A program made the translations under genes and the position numbers. The notes beneath the pieces are model-generated. The model was not told the DNA's origin and did not search any database. It saw nothing but the letters and a program-made list of their open reading frames with translations. A DNA stretch of 63,594 nt, filler included. It is 15 parts of 15 records of this genome, joined end to end, with 100 filler letters (N's around TTAATTAATTAA, not from the genome) between each part and the next. Parts side by side here need not be neighbours in the genome. Positions count along the whole stretch, not along the records: positions 11,356 to 16,850 come from SRR15195285_9447; positions 16,951 to 20,121 come from SRR15195285_9454; positions 20,222 to 23,252 come from SRR15195285_9457; 12 more parts are not named here. The stretch is one strand, 5' to 3'. Positions 11,720-23,352 of this stretch are shown in pieces (the first letter of the stretch is position 1; the number at the start of each line of letters is the position of its first letter).

Positions 11720-13238
11720 ATGGGGCCGGCGTCTGCTCTGCGGTGGCTCGGGCTGGTGCTTCTCAGCGCACCGGCGCGTGGTGATGTGGCGGCTTTCCGC
11801 TCCTGGGCGACTTCCAATGGTCTGTCACCGGCAAAAGTGGATCTGGCGCCGGAGCTCGGACCAGGCATGCGCGGCATGGTTGCAGCGAGCGACATCACGG
11901 TATGAGAGCCGAGAGCCCAACCGCGCGACCTGCCTCATACGCATGCCCTCCACCGCAGCGCGCCAATCACACTGCTAGAAGCCCCTCTCGCCAGCACTGA
12001 ACTTGCGCCGCGCCCGCAGGAGGGCGAGACTGTGCTAGACGTGCCGTTCAAGTTGATGATGACTCTCAATACAGCACAGCAGGGCCCGCTGAAGCAGCCG
12101 GTCGAAGAGAAGGAGATGAGCCCAACGATCATCCTGGCTCTGCACCTGATGAACGAACAGCTCAATCCGGCCTCATTCTTCAGGCCGTGGCTGTCTGCAC
12201 TTCCTCAGACTTTTGAGACGCCGCTGTTCTGGAGCGAGGAAGACCTTGCCGGGCTGCAAGGGTCGACGATCCTGTCGGTCGTCAAGCGGCGCATGGAGAC
12301 GATGCAGTCGGACTACGACTCACTTTTTGGCGTCCTGTTCGCGGAGTACCCACAGATCTTCACAAAGGAGCAGTACACTTTCGAGCTGTTCCAATGGGCG
12401 CTGTCGACGGTTTGGTCTCGGTCGTTCGTGTTCAACATTGATGGGCAGCTGGTGCCGGTAATTGTGCCGTTTGCTGACTGCTTCGAGCACGGCAACGTTG
12501 AGTCGTCCTTCTCTCTCGAGGAGTCGGAGAAGGTGTTCCGCATCACATTGGCCAAGCCCGTCAAGGCCGGAGAGCGAGTACACATTTCGCTTGGTGCCAA
12601 GCCGAACTCGCAGCTCCTGATGAACTACGGCTTTGTGCTACGCGACAACCTGTACGATACGGTGCTGATCAACATGTTCCTGAACGAGGACGACCCGTTC
12701 TACGACGCCAAGTCCAAGATCCTCAGCCACAACGATCAGCCACCTTCGCAGCTCTACTACCTGCGCTACGAGGCCATTCCGCAAGATCTGTTGCGAGCGC
12801 TGCGTGTGCAGCTCCTCAAACCGTCTGAGCTCGATTACTACGGAAAGATCTTTGACGGCAAGAGGGTAAGCCTCGAGAACGAGCTGGACGTGTTGAGACA
12901 ACTCGTCTCTGCATGCGACACGCTGCTCAAGCAATACCCCCAGACAGCACTTGAGGACCAGAAGGTTATGCAAGACGCTGAGCAGTTCGGTGCTCTCTCG
13001 GAGCGGTAAGGGCACGGTTTCCTTCGCACACGCTACACTCTGCTTGACCACGGTTGCTATAAGCGAACGCACGCACCCCAGCGTTTGAGCTCACCTGTCT
13101 GTGATGGTGTCTTGGCGTGTGCACAGGGCTCAGACTGCTCTTGTGCTGCGCTTCGGGGAAAAGAGAGTGCTGCATAGGACAGTAGAGCTAGTGAGCCAGG
13201 TGTGGAGCATGCTGCTGGTCGAGGGCTGGCACGACTAG
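11720..13238 (+). CDS. SET-domain lysine methyltransferase-like protein (Rubisco LSMT/SETD3 class) with LSMT substrate-binding domain and N-terminal signal peptide; 3 exons
   Basis: Introns 11900-12019 and 13006-13126 splice in frame. Motifs GMRGMVA, SFFRPWLSALP, WALSTVWSRSF, PFADCFEH, LLMNYGF and LRFGEKRVL; TAG at 13236-13238. Confidence 0.88.
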
Positions 13239-13557
13239 CAGCCTTGGAACTGTCCATTGGTTTGATTTCAGATTGTAGATAACAAATGAAGCGCATGCCA
13301 AACGGGCGCCTCCAATGCGTACAGCGGCAGCTGGCCTGGGTTGATTACATCGTTCCTGCACTGGCCGGAACGCTGGCCGTTGCCGCTTTGTTACACCTGC
13401 GCGCCGCGCGCAGATTACCGCATTGCGTAGGAAGCAATGTCTCCGGCTCTAAACTGCCAAGCAGGTGCCACAAAGTGTCGCTTGACATGAAGCAACACAC
13501 GACCTAACTGTACATATGAAGACTTCTCCTTCGATCCCCGCGCCTGACCCGGCTCCT

Positions 13558-16500
13558 TCATACTGAAGGCGAAGCAGGGCCCGGGCTGGTCACTCCTGAC
13601 TGGTGGAGCATCTGTCGCAACGGCTTCAGCTTTCCATCAGCGATTCCTGCGCTCTGCATGATAGTGAGAGCATGCCCAAGTGCCTTCCGTGTGGCGTCCA
13701 ATTCGTCAACGGTGCCGCTCAACTCCTCCTGTAAGTCATGTAGTTTAATTGGGGTGCTGAACGGGACACCGGACAGGTCCACAGATCGCATCGTCGGCTC
13801 CGGTGGCAGAACATTCGATGTCTCGCCGCCGGCATCGGTAGAACGCAAACGGCTCGTCTCGGGCTGTCCTGACTGATCCACATTTTCGATGGGCATTAGA
13901 GACACCGGGGCGTCATGTTGAGCGGGCAGTCCAGACGCAGTGGAAAACCGTGCAGGTGAACCGACTGCTGCTACGGCCGCTTCCATAGCAGCGGCAGCAA
14001 CTTCTCCAGGATCTGTCGGTGCTGCCGCCGCTGTTCCGCCGGGCCTCTCCGGGCTATCGGCAGCCACATTCATGCTGTTGCTAGTGCCGCCGCCTTCGAT
14101 CGACATTTGCAGATCACTGTGGGCCATCGAGATATCGCCGATAGGCATCCCATCTGCGTCCGCCGCAAGCTGCAGCCGTATGAGCTTTTCCTGGCTGCTA
14201 AGAGCTGATCTCGTCTCCTCAAGTTCTGCGGTGACCTGGTTTAGCTGCATTTGCTGCTTCTGCACAAGATCCATCTCAGCCAGATGCCAGTTGTATAGCT
14301 TGGTAATCTTCGCGTTCAGTCCCACCACAGTCTCGCTCTCATCCATGGCTTCAGCCTCAGCTTGGACCGCTCTACTACCACTACCACCGCCGCCGTCGGC
14401 ACTTGCGGCGAGGGAAGCTGATGGACTTCCATGCACGCGTGAAGGGGACGGTGATCGGCGCGGACGCCTCTTGGGTGCACTTGTCGACCTTCTAGTCATG
14501 TGTCCAGATTGCTCTGCGTGACCGACCGACGAAGCGCCAACTTCAGCACGGTGGCTGTGATCGTCTTCAACACGCTGGGGTGCAGAGGGCGGAGGAGACG
14601 CAGGCCAACCAGGATGCCCAGCGAGTCGTCCAAGCGGATTTGCATCGTTCGCAGCAGGACGGTCTCGCTGGATGCCCCCACTTCGAGGAGGTGACGAGCG
14701 TGCATACTTCGACTCAATTGATTTTGTTGGCGTCATAAGATTAGACGCAGAGGGATGGGTGTGGCCACCCATGACAGACGCGGCTGTGCGTCGCTGTTCT
14801 TTGCCTCGGAACGACAGGTGCTTGTTTGTCAACGGCTTTCGAGCCACAGCTTTGACTTTTGCTTCGTTGGCATCATTACGACGTCCTGATGGGCTCCAGT
14901 GTCTTCGTGAACGCTGTTGCAAAGGAGACGTCGGGCGGGGCCCCGAGCCACCTGTGCTGAAAATCGTCGGTCGTGAAGAAGGACCTTCTTCTGCATTGCT
15001 CTGTGCATGCAAGTTGTCCGCTCGAATAGCTGGCCTATATGGCTCTATGTCATCCTCAGGTGGCACCAGACTAGACATCGGGTGCGTGTCCCATTCTCTT
15101 CCAGGACTTGGGGCAGAGAGATCGACTGCCACAGCAGAGCTTTCCTTGCCGACACGGCTGCGCTGCGTTTCGGCTTGTATCGAGGCAGCACTCCTTGGCC
15201 ATGACCCTCCTCCACCTGCTGCCTTCATCTTAGCAGTGGTATTACTGCCGGGTGTTGCCTGCTGACGCCTGCGCTCAGAGTAGCTCGATACAGAAGACCC
15301 TGGCGCTGCCCTGTTCCTATTGGATGGGCGCGAAGGGGTGAACAGTGGACCGCTTGGCATGGTTGTGTCGTCCACCAGCGTACATCCTTTTGGAAGTCTA
15401 GCAAGAATGCCACGGTAAGCACGCGACTTGGCAGTACGAACGACGTCCTTAAGCAGTGGGTTGCCGTCCAGGTTGACCTGTTTACGGCGCACATTGTAAG
15501 GAGTGAATGTAGATCCTAGAAACATGGCGTTCAGTCGCAGGGCTGGCTGTGTGCTGCAATGCCACGTATTGGTCTGAGCGGCAATGACTGGCGACGTACA
15601 GAGGTAAGCCTTGTGCAGCGTGTCAGAGGTTGTACGTCATCTACACTCCGCAACACGTTGTCCGATACATCCAACTCTATCAACGTGCGCGCGGCTCCTT
15701 CTATTCCTGCAAGTGTGCCGATCGCGTTGCCCTGGAGCCGCAATACTCGAATTGCGCAGCAGATCCCAAACGGTCCCATCTGGTGGATTTGATTGTACGA
15801 CAGGTCAAGGCGTTGGAGCCGTGGTAGCGTATTGATCCCGTCCCAGTCGCGCAATGAGTTGTTCGCAGCCTTTAACTGAACAACCGACTGTGGCAGACCA
15901 CTCAGGGACTTTATCATGTTGTCGGATAGGTCGATCTTGCGCGGCCGCACGCGACCAGGGCGGTCCTCACCGAGTCTACTCGGCACTGCAGTCAGTCCGC
16001 GATCTTGCAGACGAATCTCATCAAGCGCGGCAGATGCCGAGGGCGAGGAGTGGGGCGCAAGAGCTGGTCCAAGGTCCGCACGGTCTGCGAACGTGTCGGC
16101 CTCTCGCCTGCGCGAACTGTCTGCCCGATCCCGGCGGACCGCTCGCTCAACGTCCACACGCTTGTCGAAAGGGCTCGCGCGGGCCATCGCTCGCTCCGCA
16201 TCGACAATGGCTTTCTCGGCAAGAGCTGAAGGCGACGCAGTCCTGTCGATTCGCGGTGGTGACGATCTGATTGGACTGGACACAGCCTCTCTCTGTGTCT
16301 GCGTCGGTACAGGCGGCGGCTTGTGCCTTTCTGGTGCAGTGCGGGGTTCAATCGGCTGGCTGGGATTGACCGAGGACGGCTTCACTGCCAGTAGGATGTC
16401 GCGCACTCCCTCACCGCTGAGCAGGACGTTGCAGCGCCGGCGCGCGTTCGCCAACGCTCGAAATATGGTGAGCCTTCCAGCGTTGGTGATTGCGTTGTCG

Positions 16501-16724
16501 GTCAGGTCCACCAGCCTTAACGAAGGCACGACGGCGATGCTCGCGGCCAGTGCGTCGCACGCCGCATCCGTCAGCTCGTTCCCGCGCAGGTCCAGGCTCG
16601 TGAGCGTCTGCTGCTCCTCCAGAATCCGCGAGCCCAAGCGCTCCGCATCATCATCCCGCAGCCCTTGCTCCGCGAGCTGCAGTTCCGACGCCCCTTCCAT
16701 GGCCACCGCAGCGCCCGCCGCCAT
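13558..16724 (-). CDS. Leucine-rich-repeat protein (RI-like then SDS22-like LRRs) with long low-complexity and coiled-coil C-terminus; 2 exons
   Basis: LxxLDLxxNxI repeats. Intron 15478-15599 gives ...LTS|VNLDGNPL, a typical LRR cap. Confidence 0.85.
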
Positions 16725-17183
16725 GGCCGGCCGGGAGCAGCACCTTACGCCCACCACGATCCACGTGTTCAGCGGCTCACCGGCGGCTACTGTACTCAGT
16801 GTACTGTACTGGTGTACAGCTGCCCCAGCCTACCGTCCAGGTCAAATTCANNNNNNNNNNNNNNNNNNNNNNNNNNNNNNNNNNNNNNNNNNNNTTAATT
16901 AATTAANNNNNNNNNNNNNNNNNNNNNNNNNNNNNNNNNNNNNNNNNNNNGTGTATTCCTGTCGCATGAGATATCCTGTAAGCGCGTGCGTGAGCAAGTC
17001 CGAAGTTGTGCGCGTACGTGAGCGGCTGGGTGAGGACAGTCGAGACAGTAGTGCTGGCCATACTATATCGCACGGCCCGGATGTACCCAGGTAGACTTTC
17101 TGGTGCAGCCGCGATAACAACGACTAGTCCCCTCACCCCCGGTCCCCCCCTGACTTTCAGCCCCCCAACCTTACACCGGAGAC

Positions 17184-18786
17184 ATGGCGAACAAACTCTT
17201 CATGGCGATGCTCCTCGTTGGGGCATGCGCAGCAGTCCACGCCCGTGCGTCGCCCACGCTTAGGGGGGAGTGGCGCCCGCCGCTGCAAGGGGTGATCGTT
17301 GCGCACATCTCCAATGATTGTGGCGTGTGATGCGTGATGCAGAGGACGACGGCCAGCCGAGCGAAGCGGACATGGTTGTGTTTGCTACGATCCTGGTGAC
17401 CGGAATGACGTGCGAGTACGGCCAGGACGCCTGCACGAACCACGCCCAAATGTGCATCGACTGCGATGCCGGTGGCGAAGCGGATGGCGACTCCTGCCTT
17501 TACGACGAAACCGAGTGCACCTGCCCCACCGGCTGCACGGGTGACAGCGACTCAGCCGCTGACGAGTCTGCGTGCTCCGCCGTCGGCGGGACATGGGTTG
17601 CCGCGGGCAGCGCGAAGACCGGATGCCAGGTACGTGAGAGCCATTTCATGGGCCTCGCGGCGGGCGATGGTACCGAAGCGGCGATCACCGTCTGCTCCCT
17701 GCGAGAGGAGGGCACAGGTGACGGCCAATGCGAAGGGCCGGAGGAAGACACTGGCGTCGCGAGCTGTGCATGGAGCACGGACACTTGTGTTCCGACTGCG
17801 GCGACAACCACGCAGTTCACCGACGCCTGGACTGAGTCCAAGACCTCTGGGATGCTCGCCGCGTTTGCTCCTATGATGGAGGCTGCCGCATACGACTGCT
17901 CTGCCGGATGCACGTGCACCGCGGCCGATATGGAAGCTGCCATGGCCGCTGGTGACTCTGGTGATATGTCTGCCATAAGCACCGAGTGTATGGCATGCAA
18001 TTTCCAGGCGGCAACCGAGGCGGAACGGCAAGCTTGCATGACGAGTGGGATCTCCGCGACCACGTGCACCGCGGAGGAGACAGCTATCGCCGTCGCTGCA
18101 ATGTCAGACGACAGTGGCGATAGCGATGGGATTCCCGAAGGCGTGTCGATGGGGTGCATAATGTGCATGGGTGAGGTCGAGGCACTGCCCGAGGCACAGC
18201 GGCCCGCGGCATCGCTGGCGTGCATGACCCTTACCCCCTGCTCGTATCCGGATGACGTGGAGAAGTTCGACGAGCTGATGGAATGTAATGCCTTCTTCCG
18301 GCCAAGGGGTAGATTTGGATGATCCTAGACTGTCGAAATGCACAGAAGTAAGGCACCATCGCGCCGAGCGAATCTCACTGCCGTCTACTTGTGGTGAACG
18401 CAGGTGCCGACGCCGACGACCCAACGGTGTGTGGAGTGGCTGGGTACGTGGAAACATCGGAGGGATGCCAGGCTTGCATCCAAATGACCTCTTGGGGGAA
18501 CGGTTTCGACTCGGACGAGATCTCGTCTGGCAGCACCCTGACCCCGGCGATCTATGCAGAAATCGAGTAAGCTGTGTTCGAAGTGTCCGCGCCAGCCGTG
18601 TGCAAGGCAGTGTAGAAAGAAGGCAAGCAGGGGACGGTTCTGCCAACCACCTACCGTCTGATGAGTGTGTTCGTGCGCAGGGACACCTGCACTCCAGAGC
18701 CCCCTGCGAAGGTGTCAAGCGCCACCATGGCTGCACCGATCGCTGTCGCCGTCGCCACGGTGGGAGCTGCCCTTGTCACGCTCTGA
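17184..18786 (+). CDS. Cys-rich, acidic, probably GPI-anchored cell-surface protein; 4 exons
   Basis: Signal peptide MANKLFMAMLLVGACAAVHA. Introns 17245-17342, about 18286-18403 and about 18568-18680. Ends SSATMAAPIAVAVATVGAALVTL*, which fits an omega site plus hydrophobic tail. Confidence 0.8.
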
Positions 18787-19159
18787 GCTCACATCGGCGT
18801 CGATTGCTGGTGATGAACAACGAGCGGAGCAGAAGATGATACATATCCATTGATGAATGCAATGAGGGCAGGGCCACAACGAAGAATGCAATGGTACAGT
18901 TCTGCAGCAAACTGCAAACTACATCCTCGACCACTCGGTCTGGGAATGTTCAAAATAGACCTGCCTTCTTCGACTTCCTCTTTTGGATGTTTCCGTTCCG
19001 AGCGGAGATCTTGCACCAGGCGCAGCACGAGCGCACGCAGCTAGTCGTGGCTGCAGTAGCATTCAGTACCAACCATCAACACACTTCCACGCGCACAACG
19101 CTGCGCGTCCACCTATTCCTCAATCTATCCAACCGAATCTTGGGGGTGGGCCGCGACCC

Positions 19160-19790
19160 TGCCACGTGTTCTGCACTTGGTGGCGTTTGCCACCTCCACT
19201 CGACTCTGACAGTCTGACTGCTCGCGCCCCAGCGGTGTGCGCGGTGGCGCGTTGCAGCAGCAGAACGTCCATCTTCGGATGAGCAGTGGCTCACGCCACT
19301 ATTCTTAATCGATCCACCACCCTGGCTAGCCTCGGCGCACACCCAGGCCGGACGTCCAGTGTCTCTCGACACCTAGCATTGCTTGGCGTCTGCTCAGCCA
19401 GCAGCTGGGCCAGCGCTGACCAGTAGACCGGTGTAGCGCCGATGGTGGCAAGACTGCGCCATACAACAGGCGCAGCAACTCGCTTAGACTGTGTTAGGCG
19501 CGAAGGAAAGCGTGGGCTCACTGCTTCCGGTCAGACGTTGGCGATTTGCGCACTAGTTGGAGTCGGCGAAACGTGTCCTCGTGAACGGTGGCAGATGTCG
19601 GGAGGGGAGCGCCGACAGCGAGAAGGAGCTGGGCCAAGATCCACCGGTGAGCTGAGGCGATGCTAGGCATAGCGGTGGTCAAAACCACCGTTTCAGCGGC
19701 CGCAGTACCTGCCTGATGACGATCAAGCCTGCCCAGAGCCACACACCACGCTCCATCTGGCACCACCAGCACGCGCGTCGCGCCTTGCAC
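19160..19790 (-). CDS. Possible spliced hypothetical gene; structure unresolved
   Basis: Successive minus-strand ORFs 19518..19790 and 19291..19521 each stop at GTGAG donor-like sites, and a TA-rich upstream zone is present. No recognisable domain. Confidence 0.3.
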
Positions 19791-20287
19791 GAAGAGCCTC
19801 CCACCCGCCCCTCGAGAACGCGGGCTGCTACGCTACAGTGCCGACCAGCGCGCGCCGGCCTGCTTCTACACCTCCTACAGAGTCTATCTAGCCGCCGCAG
19901 GCACGCCTAGCTACGCGCCTCCGCCCCCGCAGCCCCGGGCAGCACCATCAGCAGCACCATAATATACAGCAATGCTCTGCTGGGTTGGATCTTTGTGGAG
20001 TATGTAGAAATCACTAATAAACGCAGCACACTCCGCATACCGCCCCGACCCGCTGTTTGTTTCGCACACCAGTACTGATATTAGCCTGGTTCTCCAGTTG
20101 ATGCGTGAATGGCTGATTCCGNNNNNNNNNNNNNNNNNNNNNNNNNNNNNNNNNNNNNNNNNNNNTTAATTAATTAANNNNNNNNNNNNNNNNNNNNNNN
20201 NNNNNNNNNNNNNNNNNNNNNTACCGAAGTGGTGCGTACGCGTGAGGCGCGCCAACGCCACATCCGGCACATCGTTAGGACAACCAT

Positions 20288-21397
20288 ATGGACACACGCA
20301 CGTATGTGGTTGGGGCTGTCGCCGCTGCGGCAGTGTCTGGTGCAGTGCTGGGCCTCTGCTTGGGTCGCGCCAGCACGTCGAAACCGCAGAAGCCCGTGCT
20401 TCCTAAGATCATCTTTGGCACAGCCAGCCTTGGCAACCTGTACGCTGAGCCGCCTTATGAGGACAAGAAGGCTGTGGTTGAGGCCGTCGTCAAGAGTGCA
20501 GGCGATGGCGTTGCTGTCTTCGATAGCGCTGGAAAGTACGGCGCTGGCCTGGCTCTGGAGGTCATCGGTCAAGCTCTCGACGAGCTGGGCGTGCCGCCGG
20601 AGAAAGTGCTGATCTCGAACAAGCTGGCGTGGAAGCGCATTCCGCTACCACCGGGGACCGAGCCTACATTCGAGCCCGGCGCGTGGGTAAACCTCAAGAA
20701 CGACGCGGTGCAGGATATCTCGTACCAAGGCATCCTGGACTGCTTCGAGAATGGCAACGAGCTGCTCGGGAAGTACAAGTCGGGCCTCGGCTCCGTGCAC
20801 GACCCTGACGAGTACCTGGCTGCGGCAACTTCGCCGGCCGAGCTCGAGAAGCGGAGATCAGACGTGCTTGGTGCGTACAAGGCGTTGTCGGAACTACGTG
20901 ACGCAGGGAAAGTTGCATCGATCGGCGTGGGTGCGAAGGACATCACTGCGATCGACTGGATTTCTGATCATGTGCAGCTTGACTGGGCGATGTTCGCGTG
21001 CTCGATCACGCCATACTCGCACAGCGACGTGGCGAAGCGGCTGCTCACAAAGCTTGGGAAGCAAGGCGTCGACGTGATCAATTCGGCCGTGTTCAACGGA
21101 GGGTTCCTCACAGGCGGAAGCTTTTTCGACTACCGTGAGGTGAAACCGGACACTGACCCTGAGCTCTTCGCCTGGCGCGACAAGTTCAACGCGATCTGCG
21201 CCGAGTTCAACGTGAAGCCCGCTGCGGTTTGCGTACAGTTCAGCTTCTTGTTCCCCGAGATCAAATCTGTGGCGTTGGCGACGAGTAAGCCTGCGCGCGT
21301 GGCGTCCAATATCGAGCTCGCCAATGCTGTGATTCCCTCGGGCCTATGGAAGAAGCTTGAGGCGGAGGGATTGATTAATCTCTCGCAGCCGGTCTAA
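20288..21397 (+). CDS. Aldo/keto reductase, D-threo-aldose/L-fucose dehydrogenase-like, with N-terminal hydrophobic anchor; intronless
   Basis: IFGTASLGNLY, FDSAGKYGAG (catalytic D...Y), ISNKL, VHDPD, IGVG and NSAVFNGGFL motifs. Confidence 0.9.
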   Translation: MDTRTYVVGAVAAAAVSGAVLGLCLGRASTSKPQKPVLPKIIFGTASLGNLYAEPPYEDKKAVVEAVVKSAGDGVAVFDSAGKYGAGLALEVIGQALDELGVPPEKVLISNKLAWKRIPLPPGTEPTFEPGAWVNLKNDAVQDISYQGILDCFENGNELLGKYKSGLGSVHDPDEYLAAATSPAELEKRRSDVLGAYKALSELRDAGKVASIGVGAKDITAIDWISDHVQLDWAMFACSITPYSHSDVAKRLLTKLGKQGVDVINSAVFNGGFLTGGSFFDYREVKPDTDPELFAWRDKFNAICAEFNVKPAAVCVQFSFLFPEIKSVALATSKPARVASNIELANAVIPSGLWKKLEAEGLINLSQPV

Positions 21398-21676
21398 TGT
21401 TTGCACCCTTGGCAGTAAGCTCTTGCCAGTAATTGGATGACAGCAATATCCACAATGATCAGCGGCGTGAATCGCTCAAGCGCCGTGAAGTCTTCGCGTT
21501 AAAGCTTGGTCACTTGTGGCAGAGTTGCTTCGGAAGAGTTGCTTCGGAAGAGCAGAAGTTCACAGCTATGTATATTATCGAAAGTATTCGAATGCCAAAC
21601 CAATTGCACTGAGCGCAACTGCACTGCAGCTCACAGTCTTGCCTGCAGCATAGACTGACTCACTCAAATGCTGCAT

Positions 21677-22390
21677 TTATGGTTGGTCTAGAGAGCAAAT
21701 CTCCATTAGAACCGCGTCCGGTGGCGCCGTCGCAAGCACGCTGCCCGTCGCCCATTCCACAACCGTGGAAACGCGTCTCCACCCAGAGAAATTCTCTGTT
21801 TGGGCCGCCCACTCCCAGTGCTCTCCACCCCCGACAGTGCGTTCTTCTGCGCTGACAAAGTAGGTATTGCCACGCCAAGTGTTGTTGGCTTCTGACGAGA
21901 ACATCACGAGAGCCGGATCTACAGGTTTGAAATCTGCAACACCTCCGGAGACCCCCCAGGCCGCTGGGTAGTAGACACGATTGTCGAGAAATACGTTGCG
22001 CCGTGCTGCGTGAAATGGCAGTCCGATCTGGTCCGCACACTGGGTGCGGTTCTGCTGGACGAGTGTAATGCCGTTGGTTCCACGGGTGGGACCCACGACG
22101 ACCGAGTTGTTTGACACGACGACGCCCTCACTATTCTGTACCTGCAACTGCCCTCCCCACAGCCAGTGTGGCTTCCCCCAGCCGTTCGAACACGCAATAT
22201 TTCCCCTGATTGTGCTGTTCAGGCTGATCTCATGACTGACCCCCGGCCCAGAATTGTTTACCAGCACATTCTCAATGTAGTGCACGTGAGTCGAGCAGAT
22301 GTCAGACCACAGGCCGGTGCCGTTGTTGTCGTGAACTTTGTTGTGGCGAAACGTTACGTTCGACACACCAGCGACCTTCACTCCGCCAGT
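21677..22390 (-). CDS. 3' part of a right-handed parallel beta-helix protein (bacterial-like), lacking its own 5' end
   Basis: GGVKV..VTFRHNKVHDNNGTGLWSD..N.LVNN.GPGVSHEIS..IRGN are typical beta-helix repeats. The frame differs from the abutting sulfatase exon. Confidence 0.75.
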   Translation of the reverse strand, partial: TGGVKVAGVSNVTFRHNKVHDNNGTGLWSDICSTHVHYIENVLVNNSGPGVSHEISLNSTIRGNIACSNGWGKPHWLWGGQLQVQNSEGVVVSNNSVVVGPTRGTNGITLVQQNRTQCADQIGLPFHAARRNVFLDNRVYYPAAWGVSGGVADFKPVDPALVMFSSEANNTWRGNTYFVSAEERTVGGGEHWEWAAQTENFSGWRRVSTVVEWATGSVLATAPPDAVLMEICSLDQP

Positions 22391-22795
22391 CACGCCACGA
22401 ATTGCGACCGGTAAGCACACTGCTGCGCGTCGGGCTGCACACTGTCCCGCCAGAGTGCATGTCTTTTAGCAGCATGGCGCTCGGCGACTTTGCCCAGGCG
22501 TCGATGTTGGGGCTCGTGACCGTGGTGAAGCTGGAGCCCATGAATCCAAAGTCCTATGCTCACATTCAGACACCGTCAGCTTCTGCTGCCCCCGCAGAGA
22601 GCATGTTCTCAATGTTCTTGCACCCTGGCAGTGTTCCGCTGTGCAGGCTGCATGGTGAATGTGAAAACAAAGCACGAGCGCGAGGTGTGCATAACGCACG
22701 GCCCACCCCACGTCGTCAAGCATCATGAATACAAACGAAGGTGGCTTGTCGGCCGCTGTCATCGCGCTGAGGGTGGCTAGGGCAAGGCTGCTCAT
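22388..22795 (-). pseudogene. 5' fragment of an arylsulfatase (signal peptide, DD motif, CSPTR site), truncated after the active-site motif
   Basis: MSSLALATLSAMTAADKPPSFVFMMLDDVGWA | intron 22554-22699 | DFGFMGS...SPNID...CSPTRSSVLTGRNSWRD. Sulfatase similarity then ends and the frame stops at 22302. Confidence 0.75.
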
Positions 22796-23352
22796 GCCGA
22801 CCAACTACACTCTACAGCGCCGCGTACGTAAATCGAATAGTCGCCACGCCGGCCGCCGCCGCCCTCCGTCCACGTCCGTCCTCGCTCTCGCGGCCGGCCG
22901 CGCCGGCCGCCCCACGCGCGAGCATCACTGCTCGCCGCCGCGCGCGTACTGTACACCACTTGCGGGGTGGTCGAGGCCGCTGCGGATGGACTCGCGTCGG
23001 AGCGCGGAGCCACGCAGCAGCATTGTCGAAGCGGCCTGAAATCAGTGAGAGGGCCTGTGGAGCTGATGACGTCAGCATTGTAGTGTACACAGACTATAGT
23101 GCCTGCAGGTCGTGTCGACGCTCACCGCAGCCAACGATCGATCTGTCAGACCGACCGTAGCGCAGTGCAGCCCGACAACTACCCGACTGCGGGCGGCCCT
23201 CGGATAGTCAAAATCCGGCGTAAAGCCAGAGCCAGAGCCAGAGCCACAGCCANNNNNNNNNNNNNNNNNNNNNNNNNNNNNNNNNNNNNNNNNNNNTTAA
23301 TTAATTAANNNNNNNNNNNNNNNNNNNNNNNNNNNNNNNNNNNNNNNNNNNN

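Noticed and set aside
15916-16902. Long antisense or overlapping ORFs (for example 15916..16902, 29340..30266, 17500..18225, 46931..47695)
   Set aside because: These are shadow ORFs expected in GC-rich coding DNA. The recognisable motifs lie in another frame or strand.
21521-21552. 14-bp tandem duplication AGAGTTGCTTCGGA between convergent genes
   Set aside because: An isolated two-copy slippage duplication with no spacer or further copies.
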